In this document: in pieces, positions 41,775 to 51,465 of the stretch
Layout: each line of letters begins with the position of its first letter
How positions within the stretch are numbered: the first letter of the stretch is position 1
Origin: an uncultured Verrucomicrobiota bacterium
GTDB taxonomy: Bacteria > Verrucomicrobiota > Verrucomicrobiia > Opitutales > Seribacteraceae
Assembly (NCBI GenBank): GCA_902580225.1
Contig: CACHJU010000002.1
Location: 28,500 to 92,499, forward strand
DNA length: 64,000 nucleotides
Direction of reading: 5' to 3'
Translations under genes and position numbers: made by a program
The notes under the pieces: generated by a model
What the model was told of the DNA's origin: nothing
Seen by the model: only the letters and a program-made list of their open reading frames with translations
The model's database searches: none

Positions 41775-42625
41775 TTGTGCCTAGATTGCTTAACAAAACT
41801 TGGCTTTTAAGCGTATCCGAAAATGAAAGCTCCGATAGATTAATTGAAGAATTATTTGAAGAACAGACCAACCTACTAAATCACAATATATTCAATAGTT
41901 CGAAAGAAGTCATCGAATTTCATCTTGATGGGGTGAGTTTTTCCTCTGAAAGATGTGGAGCAATTTGCACATTAGAAATTTTTGAGGAAATATTCAAAGA
42001 AAACAATCACTTCAAGGCAGTTCAACAATTTTTTTCAGGTAACGGTTGGATTGTTGATGTGGGAGCAAATCATGGTTTTTTTACACTTTATGTCAAAAAG
42101 CATTTCCCAAATGCAAAAATCTTAGCAGTCGAACCGAATCCGTATGTTTTTGAGCTTTTAAAAAAGAATATTTTCTCAAATGGATTCACCAATGTTACAT
42201 GCATGAATGTAGCTGCAGGACATACAAGTGAATTTATCCAGTTACCAGTTTCTAGATATGTACACGCCCTCTCAGGACTATTACTCAATGAAAAGCCAAG
42301 ACCTTGGTTGGACGACAGATACCTTGAAAATATTACCGTTCAGCAAGTAGAAATTGATTCAATCATTAAAGAGTTGTCTATCTCACTTCCAGAATGGATT
42401 AAAATTGATGTCGAGGGTATGGAAGAGCAAGTAATGGATGGTTCTACTCAAGCTATAAAATCATCAGAAATAGTTAGTATAGAAAGACACCGTACTGATG
42501 ATCGAGAAAAAATAATTAACAGATTAGAAAATATGAAATTCTCATTACTTCATGAAGATGACCCTAATCTATCAAATTATTTCGATGATTTAATCTTTAT
42601 ACGCGATCCCCAAGGTAGAAAATAA
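41771..42625 (+). CDS. FkbM-family methyltransferase
   Basis: IVDVGANHGFF, AVEPNP, IKIDVEGME. Confidence 0.88.
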   Translation: MIVPRLLNKTWLLSVSENESSDRLIEELFEEQTNLLNHNIFNSSKEVIEFHLDGVSFSSERCGAICTLEIFEEIFKENNHFKAVQQFFSGNGWIVDVGANHGFFTLYVKKHFPNAKILAVEPNPYVFELLKKNIFSNGFTNVTCMNVAAGHTSEFIQLPVSRYVHALSGLLLNEKPRPWLDDRYLENITVQQVEIDSIIKELSISLPEWIKIDVEGMEEQVMDGSTQAIKSSEIVSIERHRTDDREKIINRLENMKFSLLHEDDPNLSNYFDDLIFIRDPQGRK

Positions 42626-42640
42626 AAATAAAAGAATCTA

Positions 42641-43420
42641 ATGAAAGATAACAAAACCAATCAAAGACAATTCGACGGTCGGGATAATTTTGCAGCTGAT
42701 GATAGCATCGAATCATTGCTCAATGAACACTTTGACAAATTTAATATTTCCAAAGAAGAAATATCCCGAAACTTCCAAATATACACGAGAAGAATTTTTC
42801 TCAAAAAGTTCTTGGCTCATTATGAGCTTTTTAGAAATGTTGTCGATTTACCGGGCGATATTGTTGAACTAGGAGTCTACCGTGGCACTACTTTAATGAA
42901 TTGGGCCAACTTTTTAGAAATCAGAAATATGGGAGACAGGCAAAAGCAGGTTTTTGGTTTTGATAATTTCTCTGGGTTCAATGAAATGGATGAGAAGGAT
43001 GGAGTTTCAATCTCATCTGTTGATAAAGACATAGGCGGTTTTGATAGTGCTGTGTTTGAAGACATTCTAGAAGATGCATTAGGTATTTTTGATAAAGATC
43101 GCTTCATCCCTTACAAACCCAGAGTCAAACTTGTGAAGGGTGATATAGAAGAAAGCGTTCCTCAGTTCGTTATTAACAATCCTGGACTAAGAATTTGTCT
43201 ACTACATTTTGATTGTGACATGTACCAACCAACGAAAATTGGCCTAAAATACTTATGGGACTTGGTAGTTCCTGGTGGTATTGTTCTTTTTGACGAATAT
43301 GGAATACGTCCTTGGGAAGGGGAGTCTAAAGCGGTCGATGAGTTTTTTGGAGATAAGAAAGTATCCCTTAAGCGATTTGATTGGTGTCCTAATCCAGGTG
43401 CTTATTTAGTAAAAGAATAA
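42641..43420 (+). CDS. TylF/MycF-family O-methyltransferase
   Basis: LPGDIVELGVYRG, FGFDNF.GF, LVKGDI, LHFDCDMY.PT, PGGIVLFDEY, WEGESKAVDEF. Confidence 0.9.
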   Translation: MKDNKTNQRQFDGRDNFAADDSIESLLNEHFDKFNISKEEISRNFQIYTRRIFLKKFLAHYELFRNVVDLPGDIVELGVYRGTTLMNWANFLEIRNMGDRQKQVFGFDNFSGFNEMDEKDGVSISSVDKDIGGFDSAVFEDILEDALGIFDKDRFIPYKPRVKLVKGDIEESVPQFVINNPGLRICLLHFDCDMYQPTKIGLKYLWDLVVPGGIVLFDEYGIRPWEGESKAVDEFFGDKKVSLKRFDWCPNPGAYLVKE

Positions 43421-43458
43421 ATTATAAAATTTGAAATTTCTAATTTTTTTCTTTTCTG

Positions 43459-44388
43459 ATGAAGTTTAATCAAAATTTTAATTTAAATGATTTAGCAAAT
43501 CGCTTATCAATTTCATCGAAATTCAATAGTCATTCTCTTGCTGAAGAATTATCATGGGTAGGAAATTACTGTGTCGCCTCAAAATCTGAATGCTTAGAAT
43601 ACATTTCTGAATTTTTGAAATTAATCGATAACCCTAGAATTCAAAGAGAAAAAGAAGAAAATTTCGATGCGTGGAATAAAGGTTGGGGAGAAAATCTTTC
43701 TATAATTGAAGAAAAAGGATTTTCTGATGAAACTGTTAGGCCTCGGTACTTGAAAGAACATAAATTCCTAAGGTTTGAAAAAGATATAATTGTCTCACCA
43801 AACTCCATGCTAGAGTATCAACTTTTTAATATAGTAAGAAAATTAATCTTCAATGAATTCCTCTATCCTTACGATGAAATTCACGAGCTTGGTTGCGGTT
43901 CAGGTAGTAATCTTTGGACATTTGCGAATCTTTTTCCTGATAAGATTTTAACTGGCTACGATTGGGCTAAACCAGCTGTTCAAATTGCCAACAAGATGGG
44001 TCTTTATTTAAATCGCAAAATTGTAGGAAAAGAGCTGAATTTCTTCGAACCATTGACAAACTTAGATTTTTCAAATTCTTCTGCAGTCGTAACTGTTCAT
44101 GCACTCGAACAGATTGGAAAATCACACAAAAATTTGCTTAATGCTATTATGAAAGGAAAACCTTCAATTGTAGTTCATTATGAGCCGATTATGGAAAATT
44201 ATGATGAAAATAATTGTTTCGATTTACTGGCTATAAAGTATTCCAAAAAAAGGAATTATCTTGAAGGCTACTTGAAGGCTCTCATCGATGCCGAAAGTAA
44301 TGGTCTTTTGAAAATTCTACATTCAAAACGACCCGAAATTGGAGGAGTTTGGCATGAATCATCTTTAATTGTTTGGAAACCCATATAA
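43459..44388 (+). CDS. Class I SAM-dependent methyltransferase
   Basis: HELGCGSG.NL, GYDW, HALEQ, HYEP, RNYL. Confidence 0.78.
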   Translation: MKFNQNFNLNDLANRLSISSKFNSHSLAEELSWVGNYCVASKSECLEYISEFLKLIDNPRIQREKEENFDAWNKGWGENLSIIEEKGFSDETVRPRYLKEHKFLRFEKDIIVSPNSMLEYQLFNIVRKLIFNEFLYPYDEIHELGCGSGSNLWTFANLFPDKILTGYDWAKPAVQIANKMGLYLNRKIVGKELNFFEPLTNLDFSNSSAVVTVHALEQIGKSHKNLLNAIMKGKPSIVVHYEPIMENYDENNCFDLLAIKYSKKRNYLEGYLKALIDAESNGLLKILHSKRPEIGGVWHESSLIVWKPI

Positions 44389-44391
44389 TAA

Positions 44392-45363
44392 ATGAAGAAT
44401 AATTTTTTTAATGAAAAAAAAGTTTTGGTTACTGGAGGCACAGGACTTATTGGCCGACAAGTTGTGGAAAAACTTCTGCTGCAAGGAAGTAAGGTAACAA
44501 TTGTTTCGCTTGATCAAGTAACGGTCGACAACCGGGTTAACTTAACTTTTGGGGATTTAACTGAATTAGGTTTTTGTAAGAAAATAACACAAGGTTTTGA
44601 CTATATTTGTCATTTAGCAGGGATCAAAGCCTCTATCGAAATTAGTAAATCTCATCTCGCAAGCCACTTCGTGCCAACTATGATGATGAACTGTAATCTT
44701 TTAGAAGCTGCATTTCAAAATCAAGTTAAGGCGCTTGTTTACACTAGCTCAATTGGAGCCTATCCAGCAGATGAAGCTGTACTTCATGAGGAAATAAAGT
44801 ATGAAAAACCCCCCATGGACTTTGCTGGTTGGGCCAAACGCATGGGAGAGCTTCAAATCCACGCTTACAAAGTACAGCATAGTTTGGAAAATTTCTCCAT
44901 AGTCAGATTACCAAATGTCTATGGACCAGGAGATAATTTTGATCCCACAAATGCCATGGTTATAGCGTCTCTAATGGCTAGAATTAAAAGTGGCGAAACT
45001 CCGCTGAAAGTATGGGGGGACGGCACCGCTAAAAGAGATTTCCTATATTCTGCTGATGCAGCAGACGGTATCCTGCTTGCTCTCGAAAAAGGTACTCGTG
45101 GAGAATTTGTTAATATAGGTTCAGGCAAGGCATGTTCAGTAAAGGAACTTGTAGAAACCTTATCTGAAATTACTAATTGTTTGTATGAATTTGATCTATC
45201 CAAACCATCAGGTGCACCACTTAAACTATTGGATATTCAAAGGGCCAAAGAATGGCTTAATTATCAACCAAAGTTTTCGCTTAAAGATGGATTAATAGAG
45301 ACTTGGAATTGGTTCTGTAAAAACAAAAACGAGTTTGAACTTAAAAAAAATTACTTCAAATAA
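44392..45363 (+). CDS. GDP-L-fucose synthase-like SDR epimerase/reductase
   Basis: VTGGTGLIG, HLAG, SSIGAY, AGWAK, NVYGPGDNFD, VWGDG..RDF. Confidence 0.85.
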   Translation: MKNNFFNEKKVLVTGGTGLIGRQVVEKLLLQGSKVTIVSLDQVTVDNRVNLTFGDLTELGFCKKITQGFDYICHLAGIKASIEISKSHLASHFVPTMMMNCNLLEAAFQNQVKALVYTSSIGAYPADEAVLHEEIKYEKPPMDFAGWAKRMGELQIHAYKVQHSLENFSIVRLPNVYGPGDNFDPTNAMVIASLMARIKSGETPLKVWGDGTAKRDFLYSADAADGILLALEKGTRGEFVNIGSGKACSVKELVETLSEITNCLYEFDLSKPSGAPLKLLDIQRAKEWLNYQPKFSLKDGLIETWNWFCKNKNEFELKKNYFK

Positions 45364-45372
45364 TTAAAATAT

Positions 45373-45888
45373 ATGTTAGTAGAAAAAACAAAACTTGAGG
45401 GTGTCCTCCAAATAAAACTAGACCCTTTCGAAGATCACCGCGGGTGGTATTTAGAAACATACAATGAGAAAAAATATAGGGAAGCAGGCATTAAGGTTAA
45501 ATTCGTGGAAGATGATATTTCAGTAACTCGTAAAAATTGCCTCAAAGGTGTTCATGGAGATCAGAAAACCTGGAAATTAATAAGTTGTATCCATGGATCA
45601 TTCTATTTGGTAATTGTTAATAATGACCCTTCCCTAGACCAGTACAAACAATGGCAGGGCTTTACACTCTCTGACAGGAACCAAGTTCAGATTCTAGTTC
45701 CTCCCAAATTTGGCAATGGGCATATTGCTCTCACAGAAACTTCAATTTATCAATACAAACAATCCAATTACTACAACCCACAAAAACAATTTACTATAAA
45801 GTGGAATGATCCTATGTATAAAATTTGGTGGCCAACTAAAAACCCAACCCTTTCGCATCGGGATGAGAAGGGCAAGTTTATTGACTAA
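45373..45888 (+). CDS. rmlC: NDP-4-keto-6-deoxy-sugar 3,5-epimerase (RmlC family)
   Basis: FEDHRG, LKGVH, KLISC..G, PPKFGNGH, WNDP...WP. Confidence 0.85.
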   Translation: MLVEKTKLEGVLQIKLDPFEDHRGWYLETYNEKKYREAGIKVKFVEDDISVTRKNCLKGVHGDQKTWKLISCIHGSFYLVIVNNDPSLDQYKQWQGFTLSDRNQVQILVPPKFGNGHIALTETSIYQYKQSNYYNPQKQFTIKWNDPMYKIWWPTKNPTLSHRDEKGKFID

Positions 45889-45916
45889 CTCTCCAAAAGT
45901 CATCTCAATCTAAGTT

Positions 45917-46903
45917 TTGATTATAACTCGCACCCCCCTTCGTATTTCCTTTTTTGGAGGAGGCACGGATTACCCAGTTTACTACAGAGAACATGGTGGG
46001 GAAGTTCTAAGTACGACCATTTCAAAGTACAATTACTTGACTGTTCGGGAACTACCGCCCTTCTTTGATCACAAGTTTCGCATACGCTACTATAAAAGCG
46101 AATACACTAGTTCGATTAATGACATTCAGCACCCTTCAGTAAAAGCTTGCCTCAAATTTCTTAAAATCAAAAATGGGATTGAGCTTGTTCATACTGGTGA
46201 TGTTCCTGCAATGTCAGGTGTAGGCTCAAGCTCGGCATTTACTGTAGGATTACTACACTCTCTCTATGCCTTATGCGGACAATTCGTTACAAAACGAAAG
46301 CTTGCCTACGAAGCAATTGAAATTGAGCAAAAAATAATCGGAGAACATGTTGGTTCCCAAGACCAGGTTGCGGCGGCTTTTGGCGGATTTAATTTAATCG
46401 AATTCTTTAAAGATGATCGAATTGTTGTACAACCAATTACTATAAAACCAGATCGTCTAAAAGGTCTTGAAAATTCTTTAGTTCTTTTCTTTACCGGAAT
46501 CTCGAGAACCGCATCGGAAGTTGCCAAAACGCAAATCAAAGTTACTCCTAAAAAGATTAAAGAATTGGGCCAAATGAAAAAAATGGTTAAGCAAGCAATT
46601 GGCATACTACAGGACACAGGATCAAATCTTGATGAATTTGGTAAATTGCTTAACGAGTCATGGAAGATTAAACGTTCCATGACTGAAAAAATTTCCAATC
46701 CAAATATTGACTTAATCTATGAGCGTGGTCTAAAAGCTGGTGCTTTAGGTGGTAAATTACTTGGTGCTGGAGGAGGGGGATTCATTATATTTTATGTCCC
46801 TCCTTCCCGTAAAAATCGATTGATTAATGATTTGTCTGATTTTTTACATGTTCCCTTTCATTTTGAATCCATGGGTTCCCATATCGTGCATTATTCGCAA
46901 TAG
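45917..46903 (+). CDS. hddA: D-glycero-alpha-D-manno-heptose 7-phosphate kinase (GHMP family)
   Basis: RTPLRISFFGGGTD, P..SGVGSSS, GSQDQ, GGKLLGAGGGG. Confidence 0.88.
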   Translation: MIITRTPLRISFFGGGTDYPVYYREHGGEVLSTTISKYNYLTVRELPPFFDHKFRIRYYKSEYTSSINDIQHPSVKACLKFLKIKNGIELVHTGDVPAMSGVGSSSAFTVGLLHSLYALCGQFVTKRKLAYEAIEIEQKIIGEHVGSQDQVAAAFGGFNLIEFFKDDRIVVQPITIKPDRLKGLENSLVLFFTGISRTASEVAKTQIKVTPKKIKELGQMKKMVKQAIGILQDTGSNLDEFGKLLNESWKIKRSMTEKISNPNIDLIYERGLKAGALGGKLLGAGGGGFIIFYVPPSRKNRLINDLSDFLHVPFHFESMGSHIVHYSQ

Positions 46904-46907
46904 CTGT

Positions 46908-48560
46908 ATGGTCGAGTTTTGTATTTTCGGAAGAGATGATGATTACATGCCTGATTTCATGTATCGTTTGCGTACATGCATTAATTATTTTGTTATGTGT
47001 GTAACCGAAATTAAGAAGGTTAAAGATATTAAGCTCACCGTAGTTGATTGGGGCAGCAAGCCACCACTAAGGGAGACATTGACTTTAATTGACGGTGCTT
47101 CGGAAATTGTTGACTTCATTACTTTAAATGAAGAAGACATTCAAAAGTGCAGTCCAAATATTAAAGGAATTCCCTCATCCCTCCCACTTAATATAGCCAT
47201 TCGTAGATCTTCTGCAGACTTTTTTTTTGGGATGGGGGCTGACACTTTTTTGACATCAGCATCTCTATTTACTCTGCATCAACTTTGTAATGGTAAGTTT
47301 AAGACTCCCTTTCAATTGTCTGAGACTTTTCTAATGATTGAAAGAAAACAGATTCCATGGCGCTTGTTGAATGCAGAACCAAATCATTTGGAATTAGACC
47401 GAATAATCAAACTTTCCTCTTTTAATTTCAAAAGTGATTCTGATTCTATGCACTGGGGAGGGGGAGCTGGTGTCGTCGGAATGAGTAGGGGACTATGGAA
47501 CAAGATGGAAGGACTAGATGAAAGATCTATTGGATGGGGAGGTAATGATACTGAAATTTTTCTTAAAGTATCGAAATTTAGAAACTGGATGGACCTGTCC
47601 TCATTTGGAATTATTTCTTATCATATGGAACATTTGCCCGGATTAGCCGGAGGAAATAGGACAATTTCAATGTGGACTCAGAATTCTTACAATCCCTTTG
47701 AGTCTGAAGAACGGCCCACACAACGGAATTGGGGAGCACCTCTACTGGCTGTCACACAAGAAGCATATTCAGCTCCGGTTGGTAACACTCAGACTTACTC
47801 CCCAGAAAAAGTTCAAATAAAGAGTTCACATAAAGAGGTTATCTCATTGATTAAGGCATTACTGCAAGACTTACCCATATCACAGTTAAAAGAATCAGAA
47901 ATCGAAAGGATTTTGATCATTAATGAAATCTGTTCGACAGGAAAACATAGGAAGATCGGCTCAGTTGATATCGAAACTCCACTCAACCTACTGAGCTGCA
48001 CAATGGTTTGTCCTGAAGCTGAGATCACAACATTTTGTAGCACCTCCTACCTTCATTTTGGTACTTCGAGCAGCTTAATTGAACTTTATCGAACTGCTAC
48101 AAACTTTCGAGGACATGTCTGCTTTTCTCGTACAAAAATTCTTAGTAAAAACTTATTGAAGCATAAAAAACCTTTCGATCTTATCTTACTCGAGAAAAAA
48201 ACTTCCATCGAAGAATTGAAAATTGCCTTAGATTCAATTTCAGAAAAGGGATTAATATTGCTTCCATTCCAAACCCCTTCAATTCAAAAGGCGTTATCAG
48301 GAAATAAACAAAATTTTGTATGCATATCAGGTAATTTTCAAAATTTGATTATTTGTACGTCTGAAACTGCTGCTTGTATAAATAGTTTTTTTCCTAATAA
48401 AGTTACTACCTTAGAAGTCCAATCCAAAACTCGTGGAATTTCCATCCCAAAGTTGACTAACAAAAAATCCATTTTAAATTTTGTAAAAACTTTACTTGCT
48501 CCATTTGGAGTTGGCATATATCGACTAAAAAATAATTCAAACCCGCCCTCATTCGACTGA
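46908..48560 (+). CDS. GT-A glycosyltransferase (paralog family of 20263) with C-terminal extension
   Basis: GRDDDYM, VVDWGS, LNIAIRRS, GLDER..GWGGND, YHMEH. Probable start ATG 46908. Confidence 0.65.
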   Translation: MVEFCIFGRDDDYMPDFMYRLRTCINYFVMCVTEIKKVKDIKLTVVDWGSKPPLRETLTLIDGASEIVDFITLNEEDIQKCSPNIKGIPSSLPLNIAIRRSSADFFFGMGADTFLTSASLFTLHQLCNGKFKTPFQLSETFLMIERKQIPWRLLNAEPNHLELDRIIKLSSFNFKSDSDSMHWGGGAGVVGMSRGLWNKMEGLDERSIGWGGNDTEIFLKVSKFRNWMDLSSFGIISYHMEHLPGLAGGNRTISMWTQNSYNPFESEERPTQRNWGAPLLAVTQEAYSAPVGNTQTYSPEKVQIKSSHKEVISLIKALLQDLPISQLKESEIERILIINEICSTGKHRKIGSVDIETPLNLLSCTMVCPEAEITTFCSTSYLHFGTSSSLIELYRTATNFRGHVCFSRTKILSKNLLKHKKPFDLILLEKKTSIEELKIALDSISEKGLILLPFQTPSIQKALSGNKQNFVCISGNFQNLIICTSETAACINSFFPNKVTTLEVQSKTRGISIPKLTNKKSILNFVKTLLAPFGVGIYRLKNNSNPPSFD

Positions 48561-48882
48561 AATAAAAAAATCATAATTTTCATTTTCTATAAAACAGCTA
48601 TTTTGTTCACCGATTTTGGCTATTCCCAATGACTTTAGTCCAAAAAAACTTTAAAATTAAAATATCTGGCCGCTATAAAACGGTTGCCTAAGTTTGATTC
48701 GGTAAATTTCCAATATGAAAGTTTTTACACATTCATCTTACTCGAGAGCTAAGCATCATACCAACCGTAATATCCTCTTTTTTTATTAATCTTACAAATT
48801 ACCAAAACTATCAAATGATAATATTACCTTCGAAAGTAAATAAGTTTTTTTCAATATATTATTCTTTTAAACCTACATTAAT

Positions 48883-49938
48883 TTGAAAATATTAATTACC
48901 GGAATTGCTGGGTTTGCTGGGTATACATTTGCAAATCATCTTACAAATTTTCATCCTGACTTTAAAATTATTGGAATTGATAATCTCTCTCGTAAAGGTA
49001 GTGAAGTAAATATTGATTATTTAAGAAAAAATAATATTGATTTTATCAGGGGGGATATACGCTCTAAATCAGATATTGACGCGCTTCCTCCTGTTAATTG
49101 GGTAATCGATTGTGCAGCCAACCCCTCTGTGCTTGCAGGTTTTAATGGCCATTCATCTAGTAGACAACTCGTAGAACATAACCTTTTGGGCACGATAAAT
49201 TTACTAGAGTATTGCAAAGTGCACCAATCTGGCTTTATCTTACTTAGCACAAGTAGGGTATATTCAGCTGTAGATTTGGCAAATGTACCAGTTCGTGCTG
49301 CTAATGATTCCTTCGAATTAGAAAACAGTTTAATTAAGGGTCTGTCCTCGAATGGTATTTCAGAAGAGTTTCCCACGACAGCACCTGTTTCTTTATACGG
49401 TTCAACAAAATTAGCATCTGAGACATTGATTTTGGAGTATGGGGAGGTATTTAATTTCCCCGTCTGGATTAATCGTTGTGGTGTGCTCGCAGGTGCCGGA
49501 CAATTTGGCAAAGCCGATCAAGGAATATTTTCTTATTGGATTAATTCCTTCCGCGAAAAGAAGCCTCTAGAATATATTGGTTTTGATGGTACTGGACATC
49601 AGGTCAGAGATGCCCTTCACCCGAAAGATGTTGCCCTTCTAGTCTCCCGACAAATGATTGAACCAGATTGTGAAGCGCCCAAGATTATTAATTTAGGTGG
49701 TGGAATCCAAAACTCTATGTCACTCAAACAACTAAGTTCTTGGTGCCAAGAACGCTTCGGAGAAATGGAAGTCAAACCATCCGATGTTGTGCGCCCGATG
49801 GATGCACCCTGGATCGTCATGGATTCATCAACTGCTCAAAATGCATGGAATTGGCATGTTGAAACTAAAATTGAAGATATTCTTAATGAAATTGCCCAAC
49901 ATGCGGAAGAAAATCCCAAATGGCTAGAATTTGTCTAA
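48883..49938 (+). CDS. NAD-dependent epimerase, CDP-paratose 2-epimerase (RfbE)-like
   Basis: ITGIAGFAG, DNLSRKGS, AANPSVLAG, STSRVY, SLYGSTK, NRCGVLAG..QFGK.DQG, QVRD. Confidence 0.88.
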   Translation: MKILITGIAGFAGYTFANHLTNFHPDFKIIGIDNLSRKGSEVNIDYLRKNNIDFIRGDIRSKSDIDALPPVNWVIDCAANPSVLAGFNGHSSSRQLVEHNLLGTINLLEYCKVHQSGFILLSTSRVYSAVDLANVPVRAANDSFELENSLIKGLSSNGISEEFPTTAPVSLYGSTKLASETLILEYGEVFNFPVWINRCGVLAGAGQFGKADQGIFSYWINSFREKKPLEYIGFDGTGHQVRDALHPKDVALLVSRQMIEPDCEAPKIINLGGGIQNSMSLKQLSSWCQERFGEMEVKPSDVVRPMDAPWIVMDSSTAQNAWNWHVETKIEDILNEIAQHAEENPKWLEFV

Positions 49939-49989
49939 TGAAAATAAAGATCATTGAATCAAATTTCTGTGAAATAAAACTTTTTTTTA

Positions 49990-50703
49990 ATGAATAGTTA
50001 TTCAAATAAAAAAAACTTCATTTATGAAGGTAAAGATTTAGAATCAATGACCTTTGCCCAAAATTACCACCAATGGATTTACGATATTATTAAAAATTCG
50101 GTTGGGTCTAGAATTGCAGAAATTGGTAGCGGAACAGGTAACTTCACCCAGATACTATTAAATCATTGCAATAAAATCCATGCCTTTGAGCCATGCATTA
50201 AAACTTACAATAACAGCATGCACCTTGGTCATAAGAAAGTAATCTCTATAAATGACAATTTTGAAAATAGAAAAAATGATTTTCAGAATTTTTTTGATTC
50301 GGTACTTTTTATCAATGTACTTGAACACATCGAAAATGATGAATTCGCCTTAAAGTCGGCACATAAAATTCTATCACCTGAAGGTAAATTAGTGATTTTC
50401 GTACCAGCCTTAAGATGGCTATTTAGTTCATTTGATACTTCAATTGGACATTTCCGAAGGTATCATAAGAAGAATCTGGTGAACTTAGTTTCTGAATCAG
50501 GCTTTAAAATCGAACGGTGCCATTACTTTGACTCACTAGGTATCCTGCCATGGTTTATTGTAATGAAAATGCTCGGAGGAAACTTAAACCCTAAAAGTGT
50601 AAAATGGTACGATTCAATGATTGTACCATGGTTGAAATTAGTTGAAAAATTTTTTATTCCGCCAATTGGTAAAAATCTTTTACTAGTAGCATTAAAAAGA
50701 TAA
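49990..50703 (+). CDS. Class I SAM-dependent methyltransferase
   Basis: EIGSGTGN, NVLEHIEND, FVPA...FSSFD..IGHFRRY. Confidence 0.88.
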   Translation: MNSYSNKKNFIYEGKDLESMTFAQNYHQWIYDIIKNSVGSRIAEIGSGTGNFTQILLNHCNKIHAFEPCIKTYNNSMHLGHKKVISINDNFENRKNDFQNFFDSVLFINVLEHIENDEFALKSAHKILSPEGKLVIFVPALRWLFSSFDTSIGHFRRYHKKNLVNLVSESGFKIERCHYFDSLGILPWFIVMKMLGGNLNPKSVKWYDSMIVPWLKLVEKFFIPPIGKNLLLVALKR

Positions 50704-50721
50704 TTCTTAATTTGCAGAATT

Positions 50722-51465
50722 ATGTTAAAGAATATTAAAAAATTTAACAAAGTTAGTATTCTGATCCCTGTCTATAACGAGCAGTCCACAATCAAGCTAA
50801 TCATAAAAAAAGTTTTAGTTGCTGACATAATTAATTTAAATTTGGAGATAATAATTGTAGACGACTGCTCGACAGATGGTACCTGGGCAGAAATCCAAAA
50901 ATTTAATCAAATACATGATTGTATATTACCTCTCAAACATTCATCGAACAAAGGTAAAGGAGCTGCAATCAGAACGGCTATAGAAAGTGCAACGGGAGAA
51001 ATAATTCTGATTCAAGATGCAGACTTGGAATATGACCCCAAGGACTATCCCGCTTTACTTTCCCCAATTCTAGAAAATAAAGCCGATGTAGTATACGGTT
51101 CTCGATTTCGTACCAACTCTGCGACTCGCGTACTTTTCTTTTGGCATCGCGTAGCAAATGGATTGCTTACTCTCCTCTCCAATATGTTTACCAATCTAAA
51201 TCTTACGGATATGGAAACTGGATATAAAGCATTTACCAAAGAGGTAATATCCCAAGTAAAGCTCTGTGAGAATCGATTTGGTATTGAACCTGAAATCACT
51301 GCGAAAATTGCTAAAATATCAAATATTCGAATTTTTGAGGTTGGAATTTCGTATTTTGGGAGAACTTATGAAGAGGGTAAAAAAATAGGAATGAAAGATG
51401 CCTTTCGTGCTTTTTACGCTATTATCAAATACGGATGCTTTTTGGGTAAACATTCAAATAAATAA
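50722..51465 (+). CDS. GT2 polyprenol-phosphate glycosyltransferase (DPM1/GtrB-like)
   Basis: [58 protein letters not shown]. Confidence 0.92.
   Translation: MLKNIKKFNKVSILIPVYNEQSTIKLIIKKVLVADIINLNLEIIIVDDCSTDGTWAEIQKFNQIHDCILPLKHSSNKGKGAAIRTAIESATGEIILIQDADLEYDPKDYPALLSPILENKADVVYGSRFRTNSATRVLFFWHRVANGLLTLLSNMFTNLNLTDMETGYKAFTKEVISQVKLCENRFGIEPEITAKIAKISNIRIFEVGISYFGRTYEEGKKIGMKDAFRAFYAIIKYGCFLGKHSNK

Noticed and set aside
5284-45888. Antibiotic/secondary metabolite cluster (TylF, CmcI, NovU-like, carbamoyltransferase)
   Set aside because: No PKS/NRPS or other scaffold genes; wzm/wzt and many GTs indicate a surface glycan.
4080-47228. Homopolymer runs (A9 at ~4080 and ~24949, T9 at ~47220, a few G6/C6) as phase-variation sites
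   Set aside because: Expected in AT-rich DNA, reading frames are intact, and there are no long poly-G/C tracts.
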